Below, piece by piece: positions 36,851-45,533 of a stretch of 64,000 nucleotides of DNA; position 1 is the stretch's first letter, and each line of letters starts with the position of its first letter. Source of the stretch: Treponema sp. (lineage in GTDB: Bacteria; Spirochaetota; Spirochaetia; Treponematales; Breznakiellaceae); the NCBI GenBank assembly GCA_031279975.1, contig JAITHL010000131.1:1505-65504 (forward strand). Direction: 5' to 3'. A program made the position numbers and the translations under genes. The notes below the pieces were generated by a model that was given only the letters and a program-made list of their open reading frames with translations, was not told the DNA's origin and ran no database searches.

Positions 36851-37287
36851 AGCGCTTTACCTTTGATCTGGAAAAGGTCCTTGAATTGCGGGCCCACCGG
36901 GAACGGGAAGCGGAACTCGCGCTGGGCAAGGCGGTTGGCGCGCTCAGCCGCATAGAGCGGCAGATACAAACGATAGCGGAACAGCGGGTCTCGGCGGCGG
37001 CGGAGCGGTTTGCGCCGGGGAATACTACTGCCCTTATTAAGCAGTATGATTGTTATATGCTCCGCCTGGACACCGCCAAGAACGCCTTGCTGGAAGACGC
37101 CGCCAAAGCCGCGCTTCAGGTGGAGGAGGCCCGGAAGGTCTATACCGGCGCCTCCCGTGAACGGAAGGTTATTGAAAAAGTTAAGGAAAACCGGGAGCGG
37201 GAGTACCGCAAGCAATTTCTGGCTGAAGAGGGGAAGGCCCTGGACGATCTTGCCGGCGGCGCGGGTGTCCGGCGCTCTATCGGGTAA
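36847..37287 (+). CDS. fliJ: flagellar export chaperone FliJ
   Basis: 146-aa coiled coil, FTFDLEKVLELRAHREREAELALGKA. GTGA overlap with fliI. Confidence 0.7.
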   Translation: MKRFTFDLEKVLELRAHREREAELALGKAVGALSRIERQIQTIAEQRVSAAAERFAPGNTTALIKQYDCYMLRLDTAKNALLEDAAKAALQVEEARKVYTGASRERKVIEKVKENREREYRKQFLAEEGKALDDLAGGAGVRRSIG

Positions 37288-37366
37288 CGCGCCGGTCATC
37301 CGGCAATCCCCGGAAAAGTAACAGCCGGAGCGATCCGCATGGCTAAATAGTGTCTGTCTATAATAG

Positions 37367-37495
37367 AGCTGTTCTGAAACTGAAGTTTCAGAACAGCTTC
37401 CGCTTAAAACGCGGTTTCACCGGACTTTAGTCCGCAGGCTTTAACCTGAGAAACCGCAGGACGTGTTCCGAAACCAACCGGGTTTTGGAACACGT
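37367..37495 (+). repeat. cluster of three strong stem-loops downstream of fliJ (candidate structured RNA / REP array)
   Basis: H1: perfect 14-bp stem AGCTGTTCTGAAAC/GTTTCAGAACAGCT (37367-37398). H2: 8-bp outer stem GCGGTTTC/GAAACCGC (37411-37457) enclosing CGGAC-TTTA-GTCCG and CAGG-CTTTAA-CCTG. H3: 15-bp stem ACGTGTTCCGAAACC/GGTTTTGGAACACGT (37461-37495), with one G-T pair that is a wobble only in the plus-strand RNA. Confidence 0.6.
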
Positions 37496-37618
37496 CTAAT
37501 GTGGACACACTTTATGGACAGGCCTAAATACGCGGGCGTACAAAAAGAGCGTCAGTTTTTTTTCATCCAATCGCTTAGTCAAGGGTTTTGCGAACCGGCG
37601 GCGCGGGCCGCTTCCTGC

Positions 37619-39550
37619 CTATGCGCTAAACACCGCGATACCGTGGGTTCTGAGGGCGTCGAAAAACTTTTTCTGGTTTTTTGCGGGAACCAGCAGGTAG
37701 CCCCCTTCGGCCCGGCGGACAAGCGGGCGGAAAGCGCCGTCCTGTAACAGCTCTTCCAGGACCTCCCGGTCCCCGGTGAGGCGGTATACCAGCACGTCCT
37801 CTTCCCGGCGGTCGAAAATACCCGCCCGTTGCAGGCTTTTATCAAACAGGGAAAGCCAATGGGGAGCGGGGTCTGGATCGATGAGGGCCTTAAACCGGTC
37901 TATCCGTTCCTGAATGTGGCTCTTATCAAGGCAGCCGGCGATAAAGCTGTCCGGGCTGACGCGCCAGCGGTCCTCCCCCAGTTTTTTGCCGATCCGGTCA
38001 AGATAGACGCTCCGTTCCAGGGAATCCCCCCGCATGGTTACCAGCAGGAGTTCCTTGTCCGCCACAGCCTGATAGTCCTCCCTGGGGCGCTCCGGCGCTT
38101 GTTTCGCAAGCCCCAGGCACCATTTGCCGAATTCGGTAACCTGGAAGGCCCGCAGGGAATCGTAGGGCGTTAGGGGATAGCGTTTCCCCTTGTAGGCCCG
38201 CGCCAAGGGCGGCGGTTCCTGGGCGATCCGCAACACCCCCAGGGCGGCGAAAAGGTAGCAGTAGGCCTTTACCAGGGGCTGTAAAAAAAGATAATACCCT
38301 AAAAAACCCAGGGGGTTAAAATCCTCATAACTGGAATGTTCAAAAACCATCCCCTCCGCCTCAAGGGAATCGGCCTTATACCGCAGGTATTTTTCTATGC
38401 CATAAGGGCCGTCCATAATAAACGTAAAGTCCGCCATGGAAGCGTACAAAAACCGGGCAAGCCGTCCGGCGTCGTATACCCGCCCGTCTTTGGCCGCCGC
38501 CAGCAGCAGGTGATGAAACAAGCGCCGGGACGGGGGGATCATAGCGCCGTAGTTAAGATAGGGGTCCGATGGTTTGGTGAACTGATCCGAGAGCAGGTTG
38601 TATTCCAGGGAATGCCGGTCCAGGCCGGCGGCGTTCTTAGCCGGGGATTTTTCGTTGAAAAAAAGGGCGGTCAGGGCCTTGATCCGTTCCTGGCCGTTTT
38701 CGGGCCGCTCATCCAGGGCCGTGTTGTGCATCAATAGCAGAAACCGGGCGAGCATATCCGCGCTGTCTGGAACCAGGTCCGCGTCTTTCAGTTCGTCCTT
38801 GGCGCCGGAGGCGGCTTCCCGCCGGGGAACCGCGAAGGGCTTGAAGGCCGAGGCGGCGCGCAGGAATTCCAGCTCCTTTTTGTTAAAGCCCCGCAGGTAG
38901 CGCAGCGCGGCCTTGGTTTTTTGCCGCCCCAGTTCCTCCAGGGCGTCGTACAGGAGGGGCAGGCTTAGGGGCGCGCCGTTGCTGTTGTCCCAAAAGGCCG
39001 TATCCCCGTCCCCGCTCTGGGGCGCGCCGTCAACCGCGCAGGCGGCGAGATTCGCGGAGGCCGGCGGCTCAAACCATGGCAACAGCGCGAGGCGCAGGGC
39101 TGAAGGCATACCCAGAATGGGATGGCCGCATTCGGTATAGACATGGAGAAAGGCCAGGCCCGATTCTTTGGCGAGTACCCATTCGGCCTCCCAAAAGCGT
39201 CCTTTTTGCCGCTGGACCGGGGAAGGGATATTGCATTCCTGTTCCACCCGCGGGACGGGGATAAAGTGTTCAAAGGTGAATTGGTAGAGAAGGCGCTGGG
39301 TTGCGGGGGGCAGCGTTTCCAGCCAGTTGAGGAATGCCTGGTCGTCCGCAAAGGCAAGGGCCGCCGCGGTATGCTGGATGAGATCATACCGGGAAAGGGC
39401 CTTGGGCTTTTCGCCCCGGGCCAGGGAATACAGCCCCTTCAGCAGGTCTAGCGGGTATTCATCCAGCAATTCAGCCAGTTCCTTCTTCCGCTGTTTCCGG
39501 TCCGCCAGGCAGGGGGGCGTCCGGACCGGCGGGGCCGAGTCGCGGCCCAT
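37619..39550 (-). CDS. hypothetical 643-aa protein translationally coupled to the SNF2 helicase
   Basis: ATG 39550 overlaps the TGA of the SNF2 gene (cTGATGg). The ORF-track extension to 40003 lies inside the SNF2 coding region. No catalytic motif recognised. Confidence 0.6.
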   Translation of the reverse strand: MGRDSAPPVRTPPCLADRKQRKKELAELLDEYPLDLLKGLYSLARGEKPKALSRYDLIQHTAAALAFADDQAFLNWLETLPPATQRLLYQFTFEHFIPVPRVEQECNIPSPVQRQKGRFWEAEWVLAKESGLAFLHVYTECGHPILGMPSALRLALLPWFEPPASANLAACAVDGAPQSGDGDTAFWDNSNGAPLSLPLLYDALEELGRQKTKAALRYLRGFNKKELEFLRAASAFKPFAVPRREAASGAKDELKDADLVPDSADMLARFLLLMHNTALDERPENGQERIKALTALFFNEKSPAKNAAGLDRHSLEYNLLSDQFTKPSDPYLNYGAMIPPSRRLFHHLLLAAAKDGRVYDAGRLARFLYASMADFTFIMDGPYGIEKYLRYKADSLEAEGMVFEHSSYEDFNPLGFLGYYLFLQPLVKAYCYLFAALGVLRIAQEPPPLARAYKGKRYPLTPYDSLRAFQVTEFGKWCLGLAKQAPERPREDYQAVADKELLLVTMRGDSLERSVYLDRIGKKLGEDRWRVSPDSFIAGCLDKSHIQERIDRFKALIDPDPAPHWLSLFDKSLQRAGIFDRREEDVLVYRLTGDREVLEELLQDGAFRPLVRRAEGGYLLVPAKNQKKFFDALRTHGIAVFSA

Positions 39551-42387
39551 CAGGGGCCTCCCACCAGGTAGGCCACGTCTTCCGGCGACAGGGATTTGAG
39601 GGCCCCGGCATCGTCGGCAAGCAGCGCGCCCGCCAGATCGGATTTTCGTTTTTGCAATTCCACTATACGCTCTTCTATAGTATCCCGGGCAATAAGGCGG
39701 AAGCAGAAAACCGGATTCACCTGGCCGATACGGTGGCTCCGGTCCACCGCCTGGGCCTCGGCCGCGCTGTTCCACCAGGGGTCCAGGATAAAGATATAAT
39801 CCGCGGCGGTTAGGTTCAGCCCGGAGCCGCCGGTTTTGAGGGTCATGATAAAGGCCTTTACCGCCCGGTCGCTTTGAAAACGCCGCACCAGGGACTGGCG
39901 GTCCGCGGTCGCGCCGGTCATGGTGATGTTCCCTATGCCCCGCTCCGCCAGGTCCCGGCTTACCATATCCACTCCGGCGAGGAAGTTGGTAAAGACTAAA
40001 CACTTGTGGCCGTTCCCGGTAATTTCGGCAATGCGGTCCAGCAGGTACAGCCGCTTTGCCGAAGGGCCGGGATATTCACCCTCCGCTTCGGGAATGCTGG
40101 CAAGCCGGCGGAGTTCCATGAGGGCCTTGAACATGACCAGCGAAGACTTCGCCGCTTCCCCCTTGGCGATGATCCCGTCGATGAGGAGCTTATACTCCTG
40201 CCGCCGCCGGTGGTACAGGCTGAGATGGCCTTCCTCCAGATCGATAAAGGCGATTTCCTCGGTCTTCTCAGGCAGTTCCTTGAGTACGTCCTTTTTCAGC
40301 CGCCTGAGCATGAAGGGATAGATGCGGGCCCGCAGGTCCCGCAGGGCCTCGGCGTCGGTATCGTCCTGAATGGGCTTTTGGTAGCGCCGGACGAAATTCT
40401 GCTCCGTCCCGAAAAACCCCGGATTGAGGAAGCGGAAGAGGCTGTAGAGTTCCCCCAGATTATTCTCCACCGGGGTGCCGCTCATGGCGATCCGCCGCTG
40501 GGACCGCAGGGCAAGGACCGCGGCGGCGGTTTGGGAACTCAAGTTTTTGATATTCTGGGACTCATCCAGGATAACATAGTGGAATTCCATGTCCTTGAAG
40601 GCTTCGATGTCCCGGCGCAGCGTGGCGTAGGTGCTCAGGATGATGGTGAAGGCCGCGCTGGTAATTTCCCCGGCGTCCCGTTCCTGGCCGTAATGCACCA
40701 GGTAGGGAAGCTCCGGGGCGAAACGGTCAAGCTCCGCGGCCCAGTTGTGCACCAGGGACTTGGGGCAGAGGATAAGACAGGGGCCGTTTTCCCCCCGCCG
40801 CCGCAGGCCCCGGAGCAGGGCGATTACCTGTATGGTTTTGCCCAGCCCCATCTCGTCCGCCAGGCAGGCGCCCATGCGGTATTCCCCCAGATAGTCAAGC
40901 CAGCGCACCCCGTATTCCTGGTAGGGCCGCAGTTCCCCGCCCTCAAGGGGCCAGGCCCCCCGGCGCTGGGCAATGGTATTATACCCGGTAAAGAAGGGCC
41001 GGGCGTCCTCCCAGACGGCCCCCTCAACCTGGATCGCCTCATCCTGTAAAAGGAGGGGAATATCAAACCATGAGAGTTCTACCTCAGCCTCGCCTTTGAT
41101 TTTGGATACCAGCCGGTCGAGCCGGTCCATGGTCCGTTTGTCCGGGAAGGAACGGGTCCCGTCGCTCAGGGTGATAAAGGAAGCCCTGCGGTACTCGGCC
41201 ATGAATTGGGCAAAGGAAAAGGTCTGCCCCCCGATTTCCACCGCCGCGCTGCCCCCCAGATAATCAATCCCCCTTCCCATGCTGTTCTTCCGGTTGAGGG
41301 AAAGCGTTATTTTAGGCTTGGCAAAGTTCAGTTTATACCCCGCCAGCACCCCGGTTTCCAGCAGCACGAAGCGCCGGGAAAGCTCGATGATGGATTCGCC
41401 GATAAAGGCCCCCGCGAAGTCCGGGGCCAGGATAAACCGGCCGTTTTCCTCATAAAATTCCCCCGTATCCGCGCTTTTCCGGCCCCGCCCGCGGCCACCG
41501 CGCCCGCGGAGCAGAAACTGCCGGAACTCCTCTTCCGGGGATTCGGGAAAGACAACCTCCGCGATTCCCAGGCTTTTTTCCGTTTCGTCTATTTCGGCGA
41601 CCGTAACAATGTCTTCGTTTTCTAGAAAGAGGGGCGGAAAGCCCCGCAGAAAACTGATAGGCCGCAGGTGCAGATAGCCGTAGGCATCGATTTCCATGAA
41701 GAGTATCCCCGGCAGGGCCGCCGCGGGCCTTGCGGTCTTGACCTGCCAGCCTTCATAGGAGAGTTCCAGGTTGGAAAATCCCGAAAAGATAAGGGATATA
41801 TAGCCCGCCAGGTTTGCCCGGGGAAACCGGGCGTAAACCAAGGCGGTCTCAGCCCAGCGGAGCCCCAGGTCGTCTACCGGATACAGGGTATCCCCCGCGA
41901 CCACCAGGCCCGGAGCGGCCGCGTAAAAGGCCGGGGGAAGGCCGGTCTGCCCGCCCGCGCCGTCCGCCTGTTTTGCCGCCGGCCCTGTTTCGGCCAGGGC
42001 CGTTAGGGTTCCCGCGTCATCCACCAGCGCCAGGGACGCCTCAACTTCGTTTTTGTTTATATCCCGCAAGCGCAGGGCGCAGCAATAGTTCCCCTCGGCC
42101 AGCCGGCAGAGCCCTCCGCCGGGCATCCGGAGCAGCCCCGCGGCAAGGGCCCCCTTGAGGAGTTTCTCCGGGGGGTTAAAGAGGACGCGCCTATCGGTTT
42201 CCGCATCAGGGTCTTCAAAATCAAGGAGGGACAGGGTTAATTCCCGCCGTTTTGCCAAAAATTCCCGCAGCAATTCCCGCCGCGCTCCGGTATAGCGCCT
42301 AAAATCCGGGAGATGCCGGGACCCTTGCAGGCGCAGTACGGTCCGCATATCCTTCCTATCCAGCGCGAAATAAAAATCCTCCGCCAT
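39550..42387 (-). CDS. SNF2-family helicase/ATPase with a large uncharacterised N-terminal domain
   Basis: LRPYQEYGVRWL, LADEMGLGKTIQ (motif I), ILDESQNIKN (motif II), LVFTNF..., LNLTAADYIFILDPWWNSAAEAQAVDRSHRIGQ (motifs V-VI). The start is ATG 42387 (ORF track: GTG 42396). Confidence 0.88.
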   Translation of the reverse strand: MAEDFYFALDRKDMRTVLRLQGSRHLPDFRRYTGARRELLREFLAKRRELTLSLLDFEDPDAETDRRVLFNPPEKLLKGALAAGLLRMPGGGLCRLAEGNYCCALRLRDINKNEVEASLALVDDAGTLTALAETGPAAKQADGAGGQTGLPPAFYAAAPGLVVAGDTLYPVDDLGLRWAETALVYARFPRANLAGYISLIFSGFSNLELSYEGWQVKTARPAAALPGILFMEIDAYGYLHLRPISFLRGFPPLFLENEDIVTVAEIDETEKSLGIAEVVFPESPEEEFRQFLLRGRGGRGRGRKSADTGEFYEENGRFILAPDFAGAFIGESIIELSRRFVLLETGVLAGYKLNFAKPKITLSLNRKNSMGRGIDYLGGSAAVEIGGQTFSFAQFMAEYRRASFITLSDGTRSFPDKRTMDRLDRLVSKIKGEAEVELSWFDIPLLLQDEAIQVEGAVWEDARPFFTGYNTIAQRRGAWPLEGGELRPYQEYGVRWLDYLGEYRMGACLADEMGLGKTIQVIALLRGLRRRGENGPCLILCPKSLVHNWAAELDRFAPELPYLVHYGQERDAGEITSAAFTIILSTYATLRRDIEAFKDMEFHYVILDESQNIKNLSSQTAAAVLALRSQRRIAMSGTPVENNLGELYSLFRFLNPGFFGTEQNFVRRYQKPIQDDTDAEALRDLRARIYPFMLRRLKKDVLKELPEKTEEIAFIDLEEGHLSLYHRRRQEYKLLIDGIIAKGEAAKSSLVMFKALMELRRLASIPEAEGEYPGPSAKRLYLLDRIAEITGNGHKCLVFTNFLAGVDMVSRDLAERGIGNITMTGATADRQSLVRRFQSDRAVKAFIMTLKTGGSGLNLTAADYIFILDPWWNSAAEAQAVDRSHRIGQVNPVFCFRLIARDTIEERIVELQKRKSDLAGALLADDAGALKSLSPEDVAYLVGGP

Positions 42388-42468
42388 GAAAACCACTATA
42401 ACGAGGTCTTAGGCGGTTCCGCAAGGCCGGACTTGCCCCAAGGGGCGGTTTTTCAGTACATTCAAACG

Positions 42469-43227
42469 ATGCGTTTTTCTTCCCTTCCGCGCCTTTTACC
42501 AGTTCTGGTTTTACTGCTCCTGGGGGGCTGCGGGACCATAAACCGGAGCCGGGACGCCATGGGCATACCCCGGATGGCGGTGGCGTTCAGTTTTGATGAC
42601 GGCCCCAACGGCGAGGGCGATACCACGGCGCGGCTCCTGGATGTGCTGCGGAAATACCAGGTCCGCGCCCTGTTTGCCCTTTTGGGGGAAAACGCCGGGC
42701 GGTACCCGGAACTGGTCCGGCGGATACGCGATGAGGGGCATGTGATCATCAACCACGGCTATGCCGATACCTGGGCGGTCTTTATGGGACCCCAGGCGTT
42801 CAAGGCGAACCTCCTGCGGGGGGAGGCGGCAATCAGCGCCGCCCTGGGGGAAGGGCTGAACCCGAAACTATACCGGCCCCAGGGCGGCTATTACCGGCCC
42901 GGGCAGCGGAATATCTGGCGGGCCGAAGGGTATACCCTGGTTCCCAGCAGCGCCCGGGTCTATGACGCGGTGAGTCCAGGGGGCGCGAAGGACAAGGTGG
43001 TTAGGGGGATACTCAAGAAAATACAGGACGGCGGTGGCGGGATGATACTGCTCCACGACGCCCGGGATTCCCACAACCGCATGGACCGGGAACTGGCCGC
43101 GGACCCGGAGGGAAGTTTTAACCGGGCCTGGATTCCCGAAGCGGTTGAGGAACTACTAAGGGAACTGATCCAGCGGGGATACCAGGTAAGCGGCCTTGAT
43201 CCCCTGGATTTCCGGCCCCGGCGGTAA
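42469..43227 (+). CDS. NodB-type polysaccharide deacetylase lipoprotein
   Basis: ATG 42469 gives MRFSSLPRLLPVLVLLLLGGC (lipobox LLGGC). FSFDDGPN, ...INHGYAD, ...LLHDA. Confidence 0.8.
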   Translation: MRFSSLPRLLPVLVLLLLGGCGTINRSRDAMGIPRMAVAFSFDDGPNGEGDTTARLLDVLRKYQVRALFALLGENAGRYPELVRRIRDEGHVIINHGYADTWAVFMGPQAFKANLLRGEAAISAALGEGLNPKLYRPQGGYYRPGQRNIWRAEGYTLVPSSARVYDAVSPGGAKDKVVRGILKKIQDGGGGMILLHDARDSHNRMDRELAADPEGSFNRAWIPEAVEELLRELIQRGYQVSGLDPLDFRPRR

Positions 43228-43232
43228 GGCCG

Positions 43233-43892
43233 GTGAGCCTTTCCCCGGGGAAAATGTTTTTGCTGGGCCTGTCCCTGTCGAACCGGCGGCGGCCCTACGC
43301 GGCGCAGCACCGGGAAGGCAGGCGCATCCTCGATCTCTTGGACCGGGAAAACCAGGGAAGCGGGGGCGGGGATTTGCGGATTGAGGCATCGGGGAGGCCT
43401 GTTTTCGCGGACCGCCACGCGGATTTCAGCATATCCCATTCACGGGGGGCGGCGGCGGTTTCTTGCCTCGCCGTTCCCGGCTGGCCGGGCCTCCGCACGG
43501 GCTGCGATATTCAATACGCCTCGCTTTCCCGGCCCTGGGAGCCGCTGGCGGCCCGGTTCTTTGATCCCGCTGAACAGGGGTATATCGCCGCCGCCCCGGA
43601 CAGCCGGGGAAGGGCCGCGCGGTTTTACCATATCTGGGTCTTAAAAGAGGCATTCCTCAAACTGCGGGGCCTTTCTGTAACGGATGTGGCGGCGGCAACG
43701 GTCTTTTCGGCGGGTACGCCGGGGCTCCGGTTCTTCCTCTACGAACTCCGCCTGGGGGATTGGTCCCCTTACGCCCTCGCGGCGGCCGCGGAGTTCCCTC
43801 CTGCTTGCGCGGACCTGGGGGAGCCGGAATTCCGCTGGTTTTCCCAAGAGCGGGCGGGCCTTGCCCCGGTTGTTTTGCCGCGATTTCCGTGA
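43233..43892 (+). CDS. Sfp-type 4'-phosphopantetheinyl transferase
   Basis: FSISHSRGAAAV ... FYHIWVLKEAFLKLRG (W/KEA motif). The start is GTG 43233 or ATG 43254. Confidence 0.75.
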   Translation: MSLSPGKMFLLGLSLSNRRRPYAAQHREGRRILDLLDRENQGSGGGDLRIEASGRPVFADRHADFSISHSRGAAAVSCLAVPGWPGLRTGCDIQYASLSRPWEPLAARFFDPAEQGYIAAAPDSRGRAARFYHIWVLKEAFLKLRGLSVTDVAAATVFSAGTPGLRFFLYELRLGDWSPYALAAAAEFPPACADLGEPEFRWFSQERAGLAPVVLPRFP

Positions 43893-43925
43893 AGGCGGCG
43901 CTCCAGGGCGGGAAAAGCGCGAATA

Positions 43926-44723
43926 TTACCGGATTTCCCGGCCCAGGGGCCGGAACAACGCCTCTTTTATCTTTTCGTTCATTTGTTTGGCCGCCCCTTG
44001 GCAGGGCAGGCCCGCATAAGTTTCCGGGCTGATCTCTTCCAGCATACAGAGCTCATAGCGGTAGGTTTCGGTATGGTTGTAGGCGGTCCACGGGTCTTTC
44101 TTGCCCAAGCCCCACTTGTCGTTGCCGCCGATCCGCACTGGAACCACCGGCCTGCCCGTCAGCAGGGAGAGCCGGGCCGCGCCTTTTTGCACCCTGATGG
44201 GGCCGGAGCGGGGGGTTCTGGTCCCCTCAGGGAAAATCACCAGGCAGTTTCCCTGGGCCAGGGAGCCGGCGCACCGGGCGGACAGCTCCTCAAAATTAAG
44301 GGAATTGGGGATGTATAACTGTTTAATAACGCCCTGGACCAGGTTGCGCAACAGGGCGGCGTTTACAATGCAGTCCGCGTTGGGGATCAGGGAGACGAGC
44401 ATCACAATGTCCAGCAGGGAGGGGTGGTTCGCCACAAGAATCTTGCCCCGCAGCCGGCCAAAGGCTTCCCGGTCCGCTGTTTCCAGCCGCGCCACTCCCA
44501 GCAGGTCCATGAATCCCACAAGAAAGCGGAATCCCGCGGTAATGGTCCGCCGGCCCCGGCGTTTGAAGTCCTCCGCGGTCCGTGAAAAGAGCCGCTGGAC
44601 CGGAAACACAAGGAAGATTAGGCCCAGGGTTCCCGCTCCAAAAACCAAGAAACTCAGCCATTTCGCCGCGACCCGCCAGCAATAACGGGGATAACTGCGT
44701 ATGGGCGGCATATACTCCGGCAT
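43926..44723 (-). CDS. lysophospholipid / 1-acyl-sn-glycerol-3-phosphate acyltransferase family (LPLAT)
   Basis: N-terminal TM helix. VANHPSLLD (HX4D) and IFPEGTRT motifs. Confidence 0.85.
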   Translation of the reverse strand: MPEYMPPIRSYPRYCWRVAAKWLSFLVFGAGTLGLIFLVFPVQRLFSRTAEDFKRRGRRTITAGFRFLVGFMDLLGVARLETADREAFGRLRGKILVANHPSLLDIVMLVSLIPNADCIVNAALLRNLVQGVIKQLYIPNSLNFEELSARCAGSLAQGNCLVIFPEGTRTPRSGPIRVQKGAARLSLLTGRPVVPVRIGGNDKWGLGKKDPWTAYNHTETYRYELCMLEEISPETYAGLPCQGAAKQMNEKIKEALFRPLGREIR

Positions 44724-44813
44724 AAGGATTCCCTCTGTAAAATACCATGGGGCTATTTCGCGCCCCTGTCAATGCTACTGTCAACAATTTAAGAAAACAG
44801 GCGGGGTCTCTGC

Positions 44814-44953
44814 TTATGGGGGGTCTGGGGGGCCTTTCGGCCTCCCAGCGGGGGTTCTGGGGGCGGCGCCCCCGTCCCGCGCAGGCGATTGAAGCGGAAA
44901 GCGCGGTTTTTGCGGAGCAAAAACGCGCCCAAAAGTTTATACGCGCTGGCCCT
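44814..44953 (-). repeat. second copy (inverted, one end truncated) of the 159-bp MITE-like element
   Basis: The reverse complement aligns with 3268-3408 with 7 mismatches by eye, mostly transitions. It lies in the divergent promoter region between the LPLAT and the first ACP gene. Confidence 0.7.
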
Positions 44954-45006
44954 GCTTCCCCGGGCCCTGGGCATTGACCTTGCGGCTCTTTCTAGAGTAA
45001 ATTCTA

Positions 45007-45291
45007 ATGATGGTTGATCTGAAGGGTTTGAAATCGGAGATTAAGGAACTCATTGTTGCTAGTTTGGAGCTTGAAGACCTCATGCCGGAACAGATTAGCG
45101 ATGCCGGGCCGCTGTTTGGAGCCGGTCTGGGGCTGGATTCGATAGACGCGCTGGAACTCGGCCTTGCCTTGAAAAAACGTTTTGGGGTTACCTTTTCATC
45201 GGACAACGAGGAAAACAAAAGGCATTTCGGGTCGGTGGACGCGCTGGCGGCCTATATCGCGGAGAAAACCAGAGAGGAGCGCGGGGGATGA
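45007..45291 (+). CDS. acyl carrier protein 1
   Basis: 94 aa. GLGLDSIDALEL phosphopantetheine-attachment motif. Confidence 0.85.
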   Translation: MMVDLKGLKSEIKELIVASLELEDLMPEQISDAGPLFGAGLGLDSIDALELGLALKKRFGVTFSSDNEENKRHFGSVDALAAYIAEKTREERGG

Positions 45292-45533
45292 CCAAGGAAG
45301 AGCTGTTTGCCAAAATACAAGAAACGCTGGTGGAGAAATTTGAGATTGAAGCGGAGCGGGTGAGGCCGGAAGCCCTGCTATATGAGGAGCTTGAGCTGGA
45401 TTCAATCGACGCGGTGGACCTTATTGTGGAAATGAAGCCCTACATCCCCGGTAAAATCGAGCCTGATCTTTTCAAACAGACAAAGACCGTGCAAGACGTG
45501 GTTGAGGCGTTGTTTCCCCTGCTGGAGTCGTGA
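45288..45533 (+). CDS. acyl carrier protein 2
   Basis: 81 aa. ELELDSIDAVDLI. ATGA overlap with ACP1. Confidence 0.85.
   Translation: MTKEELFAKIQETLVEKFEIEAERVRPEALLYEELELDSIDAVDLIVEMKPYIPGKIEPDLFKQTKTVQDVVEALFPLLES

Noticed and set aside
37288-37366. The end of the flagellar operon after fliJ, considered as a disruption by insertion of the SNF2 block
   Set aside because: As far as I recall, treponemes normally keep flgB-fliJ separate from the tap1/flgD/flgE operon. The break itself is therefore probably ancestral. Only the hairpin cluster is reported.
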